From NCBI GenBank assembly GCA_002633005.1, contig NMRA01000509.1:33648-97647 (forward strand): 64,000 bases of DNA. Direction: 5' to 3'. Within the stretch, counting starts at the first letter, position 1, and every line of letters begins with the position of its first letter. The DNA is from Phoronis australis. Its lineage: Eukaryota > Animalia > Phoronida. Both the position numbers and the translations under genes were made by a program. Below, one piece after another: positions 25,987 to 37,896 of this stretch. Below the pieces are notes generated by a model. That model searched no databases, had not been told where the DNA came from, and saw only the letters and a program-made list of their open reading frames with translations.

Positions 25987-26771
25987 CTGAAAAAATGCGA
26001 GGGTGCAATTACCATACACCCCCTTTCCAACAAACCAACTCCTCGGCTATTTTCGCATCCTTAGCTTAGCTATCATAACACCAAATCCAAAAATTGAGAA
26101 TGCCATGGAATAGATCGGTATACCTCTGTGATCCCGAACATGAGACAACAAGAATTGACGGTACCGGATACGTGAGGGGGCTGACTAAGGATTAATGATG
26201 ACCTCGCGCATGAAGTCTGAGACATGTAAGGCTAAAGCCATGACTATATCTTTTTGTTGTCAATGGACTTGCCTTGTCGTTGATGTCCGCACATGTGTAG
26301 AAGACAGACACTTCGAGGGGAATTGAGTGTTACGGATTCTGCAACAGGATCCGCCACATATCCTATCAGAACCTATTTAATAATATGCCGGAGACCATAA
26401 ATTTCGAGTTGTTCCAACAGATTCGTGAAACTTTAATCAAGTAGGGAATATAAGATTCTCTAAACTACATGTTATTGGTCATGGCATACTACAACTATGC
26501 GCATGTGTAAGTAATGAACAAATCACACATGGAATTGGAAATATCTCGATTCCTGTCATTTAAGTTTTCACCTGAGAGTCCTCGTGGACTTTTGAAGAAC
26601 TGTCGGTGTTACATTGATTACGTAAACCCTTTCTCTACGTGTGCCGGGTATACAATGGTTGCGTGTGCTACACCTCATGAACATAACGTCGGGTTGCTAA
26701 TTTCTCAAGAAACCGGTTCTTAAGTGGTCATTATGGTCTAAAGGACACCGATACGTTCACGTACGGTAAAT

Positions 26772-28170
26772 CTGGGCCCGGTCTCCAATCTCCGTACTCA
26801 GACTCGAATCATGCTCAAACTCACACTTCATACTCAACTCGAGTACAGACTCTGAGCTTTGGTGTATTCAATGTCATACTCGAAAAATCTGTACTCGAAA
26901 TTTCGAGCACGTACTCAGTTTTCGAGTGTACTCGAACTGAAGTGTATCTCATCTATATTTCGAGTACGATTTTGAGTAAAAATTTGGAGTCTATGCTCAA
27001 ATTTCAAGTTTGGTATGGCAGTGTGCTTGAAATCGTACTCGAAAATAAATACGAGCCAGAGAACAAAATATCGAAAGGGAACCAAGAAACACAGCAAATC
27101 TAAAAAAATAAATCCTCTTACCGTATCTCAGCACTTCAACTTCAGTTCAGTGATAAAAGTTTTCATCTTAAATCTTCTTATTCTTCACCTTATTAACCCG
27201 TTGTATCACTGTATGTTATGGCCGCCATTCTACCTCTACAATTCCTGGCAACAGGCGCATTGTAATCCCTTGTCGGCGAGTCATAACAAGCGTCGAAAGC
27301 AGTTGTGGGAAAAGTCGTGTGAGAAGTTTGTGCTGCCCTTATTTCGGTATGTGTGCCTACGTTTTGTAGGGTTTCCAAAAGACGAGGAGGGGAGGGAAGT
27401 TAAAAAAAGTTCGCTTCCCTGTCAGGTACATTTCTCATCATAACTTAGTCATCTATAATTCCTCAATCCCCAAATGGAATTCCAGATTTTGTTTGCCGAT
27501 TTCTAAGTAGACGTCTCGTCCCGTTCACTGCCACTGGTGAACTCTGAATGCCTGCACAAGTATTGTTTTTTAACTCACGTGCCAAATGTCAACTCACTTG
27601 ATACATCCCGGTAAAATACAAAGATACAGTATCAAAGTTTGACATCAGCGTAGGCCTACACAGCAATGGGTTTTATGTCAAGACTAAATTAGCAACAGAG
27701 ATGTGATGTGATAAGCTGTTACAAATTTCTTTTAAAAGACGTTTTCGGGACTGGGTGAGGAACTCAAGAAGTGAAGCTTAATAATTGCCAAATGTATCAA
27801 AGAAATGGCATAAGAATATTTATTGAAACTAAAAAATGAATAACAGTTACAGAACACTCAGAATTCCACGTTATAGACATACTGTTGTAGTTGTAGCGAC
27901 AGCAGACGATAATGTAGGCCTAGTTCTTGGGGTGGTCTATTCCAATAGGGAGCGATGAATCAGCGCGGCTTTGCGTGATTTTGCATTTCACATCATAAAG
28001 AGTTCCATAGCAACTCGAGTATGAGTGTCAGATTTGAGTACGTTTGGAGTCTACTCGAAATACGACATTAGATACGCTTTTTCGAGTACGACTCCAGTGA
28101 GCACGATTTTGAGTATGAAATCTCGAGTATGAGTATGAGTCTGAGTACGGAGATTGGAGACCGGGCCCAG
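26772..28170. mobile_element. MITE/non-autonomous TIR element in intron 2 of lectin A
   Basis: TIRs CTGGGCCCGGTCTCCAATCTCCGTACTCAGACTC ... GAGTCTGAGTACGGAGATTGGAGACCGGGCCCAG, with many subterminal ACTCGA/TCGAGT motifs. Absent from the equivalent intron of lectin B. Confidence 0.85.
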
Positions 28171-28942
28171 GACATATTTATCTGTCTACAGACACACCCT
28201 AGATTACCGGACGCTCCGAGGTACGAGGATAATTTGAGAGTTAGAAAAGTACTCGCGGTGTTCCGAATGCCATAGAAAGTCAGTATATAACGTACACAGT
28301 TGAGTCAGTCATGTGAGTTGAATGGGCCTACATTGAAAACGTCCTACAGGCAAATATAGGCACAGAAATGCATGATCTGGGATTTTAAAGATGTCATTTC
28401 CTTTAAGTTTTCTAAGAAAGTGGGCGGGTTTCTATGGCAGTTGAGTGACCGCCCGTAATACATGATTCAGCTGTCACTCATTACAGAGCCATTTTGGGCG
28501 GTGGTGCACCACCAAAAATAAGAATTGAAAAGAATTCAGTTAAATTTGAAAATATTTGGAATTACTCTGAATGAACATTATTTGGTATTGGAAGTTTTTA
28601 AATTAAAAGAAGCACAAAGATTACCTCTAAACGTTATCTTGCCGTACAACACAAACTAGACAGAAACCGAAAATCATTGCCTATAGGCACGTTTTTATTA
28701 CATTTGAGTCGCGATGCCATGCTTTAAATAAAAGTTTCCAGACATGGCCAGAAATGTGTAGCATGTGCTACTGAGCATGCGCTCAACCTTGCAAGCAGCC
28801 TTCTATGAGGAATGCATAGGTGTTTCCGGATCTCCTTTAACTTTGTGTCACGTATGCCAAAATAACGTTTACCTATTCTTCAAGAGGCATATGGGAAGAC
28901 ATAATCTTCATCTTAACTGCAAACACGACATTGACCATTTAC

Positions 28943-29119
28943 CTGGCAAAGATTTGATGTTTCGCAGAATAAAGTCATCTTCAGGATACGTCTCCACGGA
29001 CACCAGATTTGAGCCCATCTGCTGACAGGCAATCTTTGCCACGTACCACGTGACTGGTGCTACACCAAAGTGATAGCAGGAACTTTGAAAGCGACGGAAA
29101 TTAGGTGGACACCCACTGT
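28943..29119 (-). CDS. C-type lectin A, exon 2 (N-terminal half of CTLD)
   Basis: Acceptor TTATTTTATAG and donor GTAAAT; 177 nt, phase 1-1. SGCPPNFRRFQSSCYHFGVAPVTWYVAKIACQQMGSNLVSVETYPEDDFI is a long-form CTLD start. Confidence 0.92.
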
Positions 29120-30379
29120 CTATAAAATAACACATGTTGAATTATTACGCATGTTAAGATGATACAAACAAATTTCTGAGGTGCATTTGCCCGTAACATG
29201 GCAAGACAAGTGAAGCACTTTCATAGTAAGTAAACTTAAACGGGAAGGCAGTTGTTTTAGCGGCAATTCTGGTTAAAATACGATCTTTTGGTGACCCTGT
29301 AAACGAAATTTTAGTTTGATCAAATTTCCAAGTTGTTGACCACATGTCAATTCGGAAATGGCGTTCGCAACCAAGATCAGTTCCCGTCATCTTTGTGCTA
29401 CAATGCATTGTGGGCCAGGTCGATGCAGCATGTGTAAAACAAGATGGGCAATGTGCGACGGTTAAGGGTAAATTCATAACCAAAACAATCGTTTTTCTAA
29501 TGAACCATTAGCACTCACATGCACACAGTGTAGAAAAATGCCAAACAAACTTGAAAGTACATGAACTTTTTCTTTTCTGGTGAAAACATACACGTATATT
29601 ACCGGAATGCATTTACGAAATATTGCCAGCAGGCCGAGGCTTAATATTTGAACTGGATATTATTTTTGACATTATCTGTTCTACTTTTGTGCGAACTCAA
29701 GATAAGTGGTACAGTGTTAATAGTCTGTCCCGAGCGCATTATGCTTTAAAATCACGATGACCCGGGCTGTGCTGCAACCTAGAGTAGAAACCCGAAATTT
29801 CGAGTAAGCAAGTCATAATTTCCTAGTTCAGACTCGAAGTTTTAACCTTATGCTGGGGCATTAACAGCAAACTGGGATTAGAAAGTTATTCGCACAACCA
29901 ATTTTAGTCGATCATAGAATAATAGACTCGTTAGACTGTTCTCGCGAAAGCATAACAAAATTTCCTCAAATTAATCGGGTTCGATTTCAAAGATTAGACC
30001 CCAGACCCGAATAAAAACTATTGCAATGAGCACGTGGATTATTGAGGGTTTCTTTATTTCTCGTGGAAATAATACACATCGTGTAGTCAATAGTTCACTC
30101 GAGTTAAAAATTCTCTCCCTGTGCCTACGGTACATCGATACGTCACGTGATGTTGCACAACGTAGTCTCACAAATGATCTCCAATAACTGGTCTTGACTT
30201 TGCAGTCTAGTTTTCAAGTTTTTAAACACTCAGTCTATATTAGGCAATATTTCTATCTGCCTGGTAGAATGTGTTGAATTGGTGTTGCAAACACTGTTGC
30301 TGGAGGCTAAAAAAAATTCGCACGACCTAGCTAATTTTACTAGATACGAGTACAAAATCTGATAAAAGTAAAAACTTAC

Positions 30380-30545
30380 TAGATTGTTCCACTGGTGTGA
30401 GTCCCAGCAATTTTTCAACCCTTTCCAGCCGTTCGTTGTAAGCCAGTGGTGAAGACGATCGACCGACTGCTTGGTCACCAAAGACCAGCGAAAACGTGGT
30501 AATTGTTACAAAGGCAAAACGAACGCAATTCGACGTCATTGTCAT
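30380..30545 (-). CDS. C-type lectin A (perlucin-like), exon 1: signal peptide + short helical neck
   Basis: MTMTSNCVRFAFVTITTFSLVFG-DQ...LAYNERLERVEKLLGLTPVEQS. GTAAGT donor follows at 30379-30374 (phase 1). Paralogous to 45977-46139. Confidence 0.85.
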
Positions 30546-30694
30546 ACTTATTGTTTGCGATACACTATACGGAGAACTGGCTGTGGTACTTCTGAAGTCA
30601 TATAGCGATCGGTGTGCCGTCGAGCTCGGCCTTCACGGCGATTATTGCCTCTGACGTCATTGGTGACCTTGGCAAATGGAGTTAGTTTACCCCG

Positions 30695-30714
30695 TCTGCA
30701 GTTCTTGGAAGGGA
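30695..30714. promoter_or_regulatory. Conserved upstream block of lectin A containing a STAT/GAS-type site TTCTTGGAA
   Basis: TCTGCAGTTCTTGGAAGGGA is identical to 46288-46307 upstream of lectin B while the surrounding DNA has diverged. Matches the TTCNNNGAA consensus. Confidence 0.5.
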
Positions 30715-30897
30715 TGTAATATGCTCATAAAGGTCTATCACGCAACTGAAATGCATTACACTGAGACGACAAATGTTTTCCTAATTACGTAGATAAATTC
30801 ATGGTTAATTTTTCCCGTGATTTCTAATTCTATAGAGTATGGGCAGCACAAATATTATTTGGGTGTACCGTCGGAAAGGAATGAAAACTCGAATAGG

Positions 30898-31887
30898 ATA
30901 TTGAAAACGAGGCAAAAACACTAACAGCAAGGTGTCAATTAAATTCGCCAAAAGCACCCGGCAACATACCAAATTTGTAAACTGGCTGAAGTGCCGGAGT
31001 ATTTCGCATACACACCGCACCAGTCGTAAAATGGGGTGAATATGGCTCGCGTGGTGAAGTTGACCGATGGGGTCGTGCTATGGCCATGCGACACCAAGTA
31101 GAAAAAAAACGCCGTGTGTAGCAGAGGGCGTTCGTTGTTCTTTTTGTCGACTACTCGCTGCTTGGCTAAGACATTTTTCACCTCCGTTCCATCATTTCGT
31201 TTCAAACCCACTAAAACGCGTATTCTTTAAGGTGAATTATTTTCATGTGGTAAGCATACTTCTGAATGAAATGAGCATAACGGATTATGTGCGTCAGTTG
31301 TAGTAGCCATCGGTGATCACATCAGGTATGAAACTCATTGTTTCTGAAAAGCGGCATGGCTATTATTCTAAATTTTCGAAGTCGGGGTGAACNATATTGA
31401 AAACGAGGCAAAAACACTAACAGCAAGGTGTCAATTAAATTCGCCAAAAGCACCCGGCAACATACCAAATTTGTAAACTGGCTGATGTGCCGGAGTATTT
31501 CGCATACACACCGCACCAGTCGTAAAATGGGGTGAATATGGCTCGCGTGGTGAAGTTGACCGATGGGGTCGTGCTATGGCCATGCGACACCAAGTAGAAA
31601 AAAACGCCGTGTGTAGCAGAGGGCGTTCGTTGTTCTTTTTGTCGACTACTCGCTGCTTGGCTCCGACGTTTTTCACCTCAGTTCCATCATTTCGTTTCAA
31701 ACCCACTAAAACGCGTATTTTTTAAGGTGAATTATTTTCATGTGGTAAGCATACTTCTGAATGAAATGAGCATAACGGATTATGTGCGTCAGTTATAGTA
31801 GCCATCGGTGATCACATCAGGTATGAAACTCATTGTTTCTGAAAAGCGGCATGGCTATTATTCTAAATTTTCGAAGTCGGGGTGAAC
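30898..31887. repeat. About 495-bp near-identical tandem duplication separated by a single N (probably a haplotype/assembly overlap)
   Basis: 30898-31392 and 31394-31887 differ only by a few substitutions and a 1-bp indel. N at 31393. Confidence 0.8.
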
Positions 31888-32011
31888 ATTGCACAGTTCC
31901 CAGGCGAACTTAGCATGGGCTGCCAAGTTCATCCTACACCCTGCCAACTTCCAGCCCCCCCCCCGGATATATATTCCATGCCCAACTAAAATCATTTTAA
32001 CCTCTTTCCGC

Positions 32012-35000
32012 ATGCCTCGAACATATGAAAAGAAAAACGCCTTTTTCAAGTACTCGCTGGAAGATCTAACAAATGCAGTGTCTGCAGCTGCAGGTGTTAT
32101 GAGTCAAGCTGAGGCAGTGAAAACGTTTAAGGTTCCGAGGGGAACCCTGCAAAATCGCCTAAAAGGCGTCCACATGAAATGTCACAGTGGCCAGAAAGTT
32201 CTGTTGGACACTGAAGAAAAGTCAATCGAAGATAATGCAGCAGTGATGGCTGACTGGGGTTTCCCCTTGGACAATTTGAATTTACGCCTGATGGTGAAGG
32301 CCTTTATAGGCAAAAGTGGTCGCAAAGTGACACGGTTCAAACATAATTTCCCACGGAAGAAATGGGTTCAGTTTCGAGAAAAGGCATAAGCAAACCCTCG
32401 CAGCACAACATGTAAAAACATAAAACGTGCCAGAGCAAACCTTAGTAACGAAACCGTCGAACAGTTTATTGGAAACCTCGAGAAAACCTTGCATGGCGTT
32501 CAACCGTCTCTCATAGTTAACTATGATGAGACGAATTTGAATAACGACCCAGGTCGTACTAAACGATGCATCTTTCGTCGAGGAATTAAATACCCTGAAA
32601 GTATCATTAACTCCACAAAAGGATGCGTGTTACTAATGTTTAGTGGAACTGCGACAGGGAAAACATCACCACTGTATGTTGCTTAAAAGTCGAAGCACAT
32701 TCTGAAAACCTGGACCGAAGGTGGTCGCCGGCTCACCCGTTACAACAGAACAAAATCTGCTAGGTTTGACCTGACAACATTTGAGGACTGGTTCGAGACA
32801 ATCGTTGTACATGTACCTTGGGCGAAAATAATCCCTGTAAATAAGGTCCTGATTGGATAAAACTTGTCGTCTCAAATCAATAAGACTGTCATTGAGCCAA
32901 TGGTCAAAGCCTTAACATCGCCTTCGTCTATCTTCCACCAAATAGCACACATCTCATAGGCGGATTTAGGGGGGGGCAGGGGGCCCGGGCCNNNNNNNNN
33001 NNNNNNNNNNNNNNNNNNNNNNNNNNNNNNNNNNNNNNNNNNNNNNNNNNNNNNNNNNNNNNNNNNNNNNNNNNNNNNNNNNNNNNNNNNNNNNNNNNNN
33101 NNNNNNNNNNNNNNNNNNNNNNNNNNNNNNNNNNNNNNNNNNNNNNNNNNNNNNNNNNNNNNNNNNNNNNNNNNNNNNNNNNNNNNNNNNNNNNNNNNNN
33201 NNNNNNNNNNNNNNNNNNNNNNNNNNNNNNNNNNNNNNNNNNNNNNNNNNNNNNNNNNNNNNNNNNNNNNNNNNNNNNNNNNNNNNNNNNNNNNNNNNNN
33301 NNNNNNNNNNNNNNNNNNNNNNNNNNNNNNNNNNNNNNNNNNNNNNNNNNNNNNNNNNNNNNNNNNNNNNNNNNNNNNNNNNNNNNNNNNNNNNNNNNNN
33401 NNNNNNNNNNNNNNNNNNNNNNNNNNNNNNNNNNNNNNNNNNNNNNNNNNNNNNNNNNNNNNNNNNNNNNNNNNNNNNNNNNNNNNNNNNNNNNNAGTCT
33501 TAGGTTCTTGCATTTTTTTCTGTTCGACACGTTCTCCGTTTTTTTTTTTCTTTCTTGCCTCTTTTGTCTTCAGGAATCAAGGAAAATGCCTGATTTTAGA
33601 GGTAAAAACAGAAAAATATCTTGGGCGACCTCCCCCCACTTCGGTGCTATGCGCATCTACAATCGTGGTTCAGTTTGCGGAAATGTTTACAGCCGGACAA
33701 AGTTGGGCCCCCCCTTGTGATATCCTAGATCCGCCACTGCATCTACATGTACTCCAACCACCGGATGTGGTCGTGTATTCCTCCGTGAAGAAAAACTGGA
33801 GAGCGGTGTTGACTGAATGGAAATCTCGTGGCAGAGGACATTAGCACGCATCTGTTCTCGAAGATGAACACCCTTCTCTTCTCAAAAACCTGATGTCGAG
33901 GATGGGCAACAACAAACTCAAAGAAAACATTACCAGCGGATTCCGAAATTGTGGCATCCACCCGGCACTGGACACAAGCAGCCCGTGTTGGATAGGTTAC
34001 CGCAAAGTCAGCAGCATCACATTCAACTTATGAGAAATACCGTCGACCAGGTTGAGGTGGACACGCTGGATAAAATGCGCCACTGCAAGAGCGAACAGCA
34101 ACCTCGAAAGCGTGCTAAGCGTGTATATGATGAGCAGGTACATGTAAAAAGCATGAGCGACATTCCTGGCCTTAATGAATCGACAGACTCAGACGAGTTA
34201 TTGCAAGCCAGGTTTCACATGTCCTAGAAGTGGATCCACTAAACCCCGAAGATACTCCAGGACTTAATGAGTCAACAGATTCAGATGAAGTTGATGCCTC
34301 AGCAAACGAACAGCAAAATGCTAACATACATGGCTACCACTGCAGGATCATGCACTTCCCCAGCTGAAGAAGGTACATCCACAAGCTCACACCAATGCGA
34401 CAACAATGCCAGGGCTGGCTGGTTTTCAGTTTCTCAGTCGTCAAATGGTCCCAACCACCAGTCTTCCCCACCATTCAACTTGAATGGTGAACAATTACAG
34501 TATAGTGAGAGCATATCCGGATGGACGTTGCTTTTTCCGTAGCCTTGCGATTGGTATAAATACACAGTTGCAAAGCACTGAGCATGATCAGTTTGGCTTG
34601 CCAATCGATCCTATTAACAAGCTTTTTGAATCTAATGAAGCAGACTGTTTGCTAGCGCAAGTTATCAGTAACATATGCACCAAATCGAAAGAGCTTCTAG
34701 AAATAAGTGTGGCGCAACTAAATGCCGATATACAGCGCAGGCTACATTTCTGTAGCCCAGCAGAGAGGATTGAATCGACGGCAAATCCAACGGAAGAGAT
34801 TGGAGAAATTGAAATCTTTGGATGTCAAAGGTTCTCAAGAGACCCATTTATGTCCTCACTGATCAGTCTCCCTCAATGAAATACTGGGTCGAATTCAATT
34901 CACAACCGCTAACGGTTAAATCCACAGGCATTGGGGAAAACGCCGGCCACGACTATGATTGTATAATATACGATCTCAATTTTACAGTACTTCCTGAACA

Positions 35001-35331
35001 GTCTGAGACAGTAACTCCAAGCATGATTTCACACATGCTTAATCCTCTCACCAAAAAGCCAAGTAATTGCACCCCTCAGTTGCCAAGTGCTGACATGAAA
35101 ACATTGGGAAAGAAAGTGACAGGAACCAAAAGTAAGTCTCAAAAAGGTACTAAGAGGGCAAGACGCGTGGTTGCTGAGCGCTGTATTTTTGATAAGGAAC
35201 AGTTTTGTTTTATGTGCGGGGAGACGAGAGAGGAAGACGTTATCTTCTGCTGTACTTGGTTACGATGTGTTCACACTGAATGTGCAGGTGACATCGACTC
35301 GGATTACGAATGTGACGAATGCGCATCGTGA
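32012..35331 (+). pseudogene. Degraded pogo/Tigger-type (DDE_1) transposase: psq HTH, CENP-B HTH, DDD core, followed by OTU-like domain and PHD finger
   Basis: MPRTYEKK...SQAEAVKTFKVPRGTLQNRL (psq HTH); EEKSIE...DWGFPL...FKHNFPRKKW (CENP-B HTH); IVNYDETNL; FEDWFETIVV..PW; LIG*NLSS; LPPNSTHL / LQPPDV. Then YPDGRCFFRSLA...GHDYDC (OTU-like) and CFMC...CCTWLRCVHTEC...YECDEC (PHD). Multiple stops and frameshifts. Confidence 0.85.
32955..33739. mobile_element. hAT-type MITE inserted in the pogo transposase (spans an assembly gap)
   Basis: Ends CATAGGCGGATTTAGGGGGG ... TCCTAGATCCGCCACTG. It splits the LPPNSTHL-LQPxDV motif, and CATCT is present on both sides. Confidence 0.7.
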
Positions 35332-35769
35332 GTTTTCTGTGGCACAGATCAAGATAATTATGATTCAGGCTTCATCAAATCATGATTCTCGACATGATGT
35401 TCAAGGCGTTTCTGCAAAAGGCTGACAAAGTAGGTTTAAAACTCAGCTTGTGTATTTCCCACAATTTTGTAAGTTTAACAGACGTGGAATAATTTTAGCT
35501 TAAATTGGTGGCATTTGTGAATTGTTTTTGTAGATGAATAAAGTTTCTAGTCATATTCATTCCTTTTTATTACACTGAAATAATTTCAGAATTGTTTTCG
35601 TTTATTGAACCATTCAAGTACAGTGTAGTTGCCGGTAACGAACTGTGAGTTAATTATAAGACACTATTATGTTCAATGTTATATGTTTCGCATATTGAAC
35701 TGCTTCATTTTTGTGTTTTTTGCCCATCCCCTGAAATCTTTGATTCGAATATTCGCGGCAGTCATGGGG

Positions 35770-35949
35770 AATGGTTTGATATACTTAATACTTGTCATCC
35801 ACTTACATGTATCAGTTTTGAAACAAATATTGCAACATTTAATTTTACTGTGTACAAAAAGGAAATGGTTTAATATACTTAATACTTGTCATCCACTTAT
35901 CAGTTTTGAGACAACTACTGCAACAGTTAATTTTACTGAGTACAAAAAG
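35770..35949. repeat. Two-copy tandem repeat, about 90 bp
   Basis: AATGGTTTGATATACTTAATACTTGTCATCCACTTA(CATGTA)TCAGTTTTG...TACAAAAAG repeated; copy 1 carries an extra CATGTA. Confidence 0.85.
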
Positions 35950-36816
35950 ATTGCAATGCCAACTTTATACGCTCTGGAGATTACAGTGCCAAGTTTCCCC
36001 GCTTGGGAGACACAATTGACAGATTATAAAAACTGTTAGATTAACCCTAAAAAATCCGATATCCCAAACAGAAACTATAAGTTTCGTTGGTGGGAATAGC
36101 TGTCCCGATTTTAAGCTCCTAATATTTCTCTCTGTTACATAATGTAACTACAAAGTAATTGAATAAAAAAGTTCAAGAAAGTTAGTAGTTACTTTTGATA
36201 GCGTTCAAAACTGATGGCTTTTCGATTACACGGACTTCCAACACTATGCAGATCCTGCGGGCTCTTGATTAAAAGTTACTCCACTGATGCAGGACAACAC
36301 AGATACTTAAAATATTTTTTTTATTTTTACATAACCACAGCACCCCTGACATTTAGCAAAGTTTCAGCATGGCGGAGCACAGGTATTCTTTTACTTTTAT
36401 CACCATAGTTGGACACTTTAACTGATAACATATTAGTTTTGCTTTTGTTTTTGATTTCAAAGCCTCGGCATTTATCTTTTAAAGGCGTAGGCAACCTTGT
36501 TCCATGTCATTTTGAGCTAAAATAAGGTGGGTTGGTTATCGTAGACATATTTTCCACTTAATTACAGCTTTTCGTAATTTTATTAATTACTCGTCCGCAA
36601 CTCCGGAAGTGACGTTTTAGGAGGCAAGCGTTTCCCGCCACTTGGTTTTGCGTTGACTTTACCGTGCGAATCTGTTCTATTCTGCTTTTGTTTTGTGCTG
36701 TTTTTCAACAATTGTCGCCACCACTTTCCATCGGCGAGTATTCTGCGGCAAGATAGGTTAGTAGAGAACTCAACTACGTTGGATTTAGGGATTGTTTAGT
36801 GTGTTGTAAGCTGAAA

Positions 36817-37115
36817 ATGGCTGGAGTCGGTGACCCGTATCACAGTGACAGTAGTGTGAGTGACGGAGACCTTGTTCACAGCAGTGGTGACGAGGAATTT
36901 TTTCACGGACATTCAGTGGGTGGGTACATGTTTGAGCCCGAGTATAACGAGGCAGAGTACGCACAGGCACAGGCAGCTGTTGAGAGAAACGAGGCGGCTA
37001 CTGAGGACAGACGTGGTGACACATCTTGGTGCAAATGCACTGTGTGCGTTGTTATGCCTACCTCAATGGAATGCTTGTGCTGTTCAGAGTTCGACGAGGC
37101 CAAGCCACTACTGGA
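36817..37115 (+). pseudogene. 5' part of the Kolobok accessory ORF (KolX / P2X7 ballast-, nanor-like Cys-rich domain)
   Basis: Acidic N-terminus, YMFEPE motif, then WCKCTVCVVMPTSMECLCCSE, matching the WCxCxxCxxMP...ECxCC pattern of the P2X7 C-terminal Zn-binding domain. Confidence 0.75.
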
Positions 37116-37896
37116 CATGGTTAAGTGGACCTCCGGCATACCACGGACAGAGGAACAACTGTCCCACTTGCCAGAGTGTCCCGCGACACACTCCCACTGG
37201 ATGGTGACCTGAGCACCCAAACTGCTTACATCGTGTCGTGTGACTCCCTCGCCACACACCTGGCACCTTCTAAATAGACAAGTCCACAATAAACTTATCA
37301 AAGTTTGTCTCACCGATCTGTTCACTGAACGACAAACTGTCCTCTTCACTGGGTGTCGAACTGGGCCTGTAATCACTCCCACTACTCAATATCGCTGCAG
37401 GGCTGCTTAGAGGATCTGGGCTGGAGAAAACAGCACAGGTCGAACCACTAGTGGTTCCAGGAATTGCACGCTCTGGGGTACGTTCGGAGGCACGGGTGAC
37501 AATAGATAAAGTGCCTCCACTGGCTCCAGTCACTGTACTGGCCACAGCTCACGAGGCTTCTCGCTTCAAAAACGCATTTCTCGGGGGTGGCGACGGGGCA
37601 CTGCCGGGAATCAACACAGACGGAATGGCATCCTTCTTCAGGCGTTGTTTCGCAGTGACCTTCATCAGTTCAGCGTACAAATCCCTTTAGTAACCGGAGG
37701 GCAGAAAGTGCTTGCCACACACACGGTAATTCTTCACTGCTTTGTACGTTGCGTGGACGGGTAACGCTGCGTTCTTCATACGAACGAGCCAAGTACGACG
37801 AAGTGTGTCATCCATCGGAAAGCGATGCAAAGGTACTCCGAAAGCGCGCGTGAGCCGATAAATAGTACACTCCGGTACGCAGCAACAGTGTGGCAT
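37116..37896 (-). pseudogene. 5' part of the Kolobok transposase with THAP domain
   Basis: MPHCCCVPEC...LHRFP...RRTWL...VCGKHF...(stop)...LKKDAIPSV is a complete THAP signature. It is followed by a Ser/Thr linker and KFIVD...CQVCG...IQWECVAGHSGKWDS. The catalytic core is deleted. Confidence 0.8.

Noticed and set aside
30898-31887. 495-bp tandem duplication as a biological LTR or long terminal direct repeat
   Set aside because: The copies abut across a single N and differ at allele-like levels, typical of unmerged heterozygous contig ends. No matching copy was found at the other end of the element.
32872-33530. Long ORFs spanning N runs (also 48213-48708 and 58898-59488)
   Set aside because: Artefacts of translating assembly gaps.
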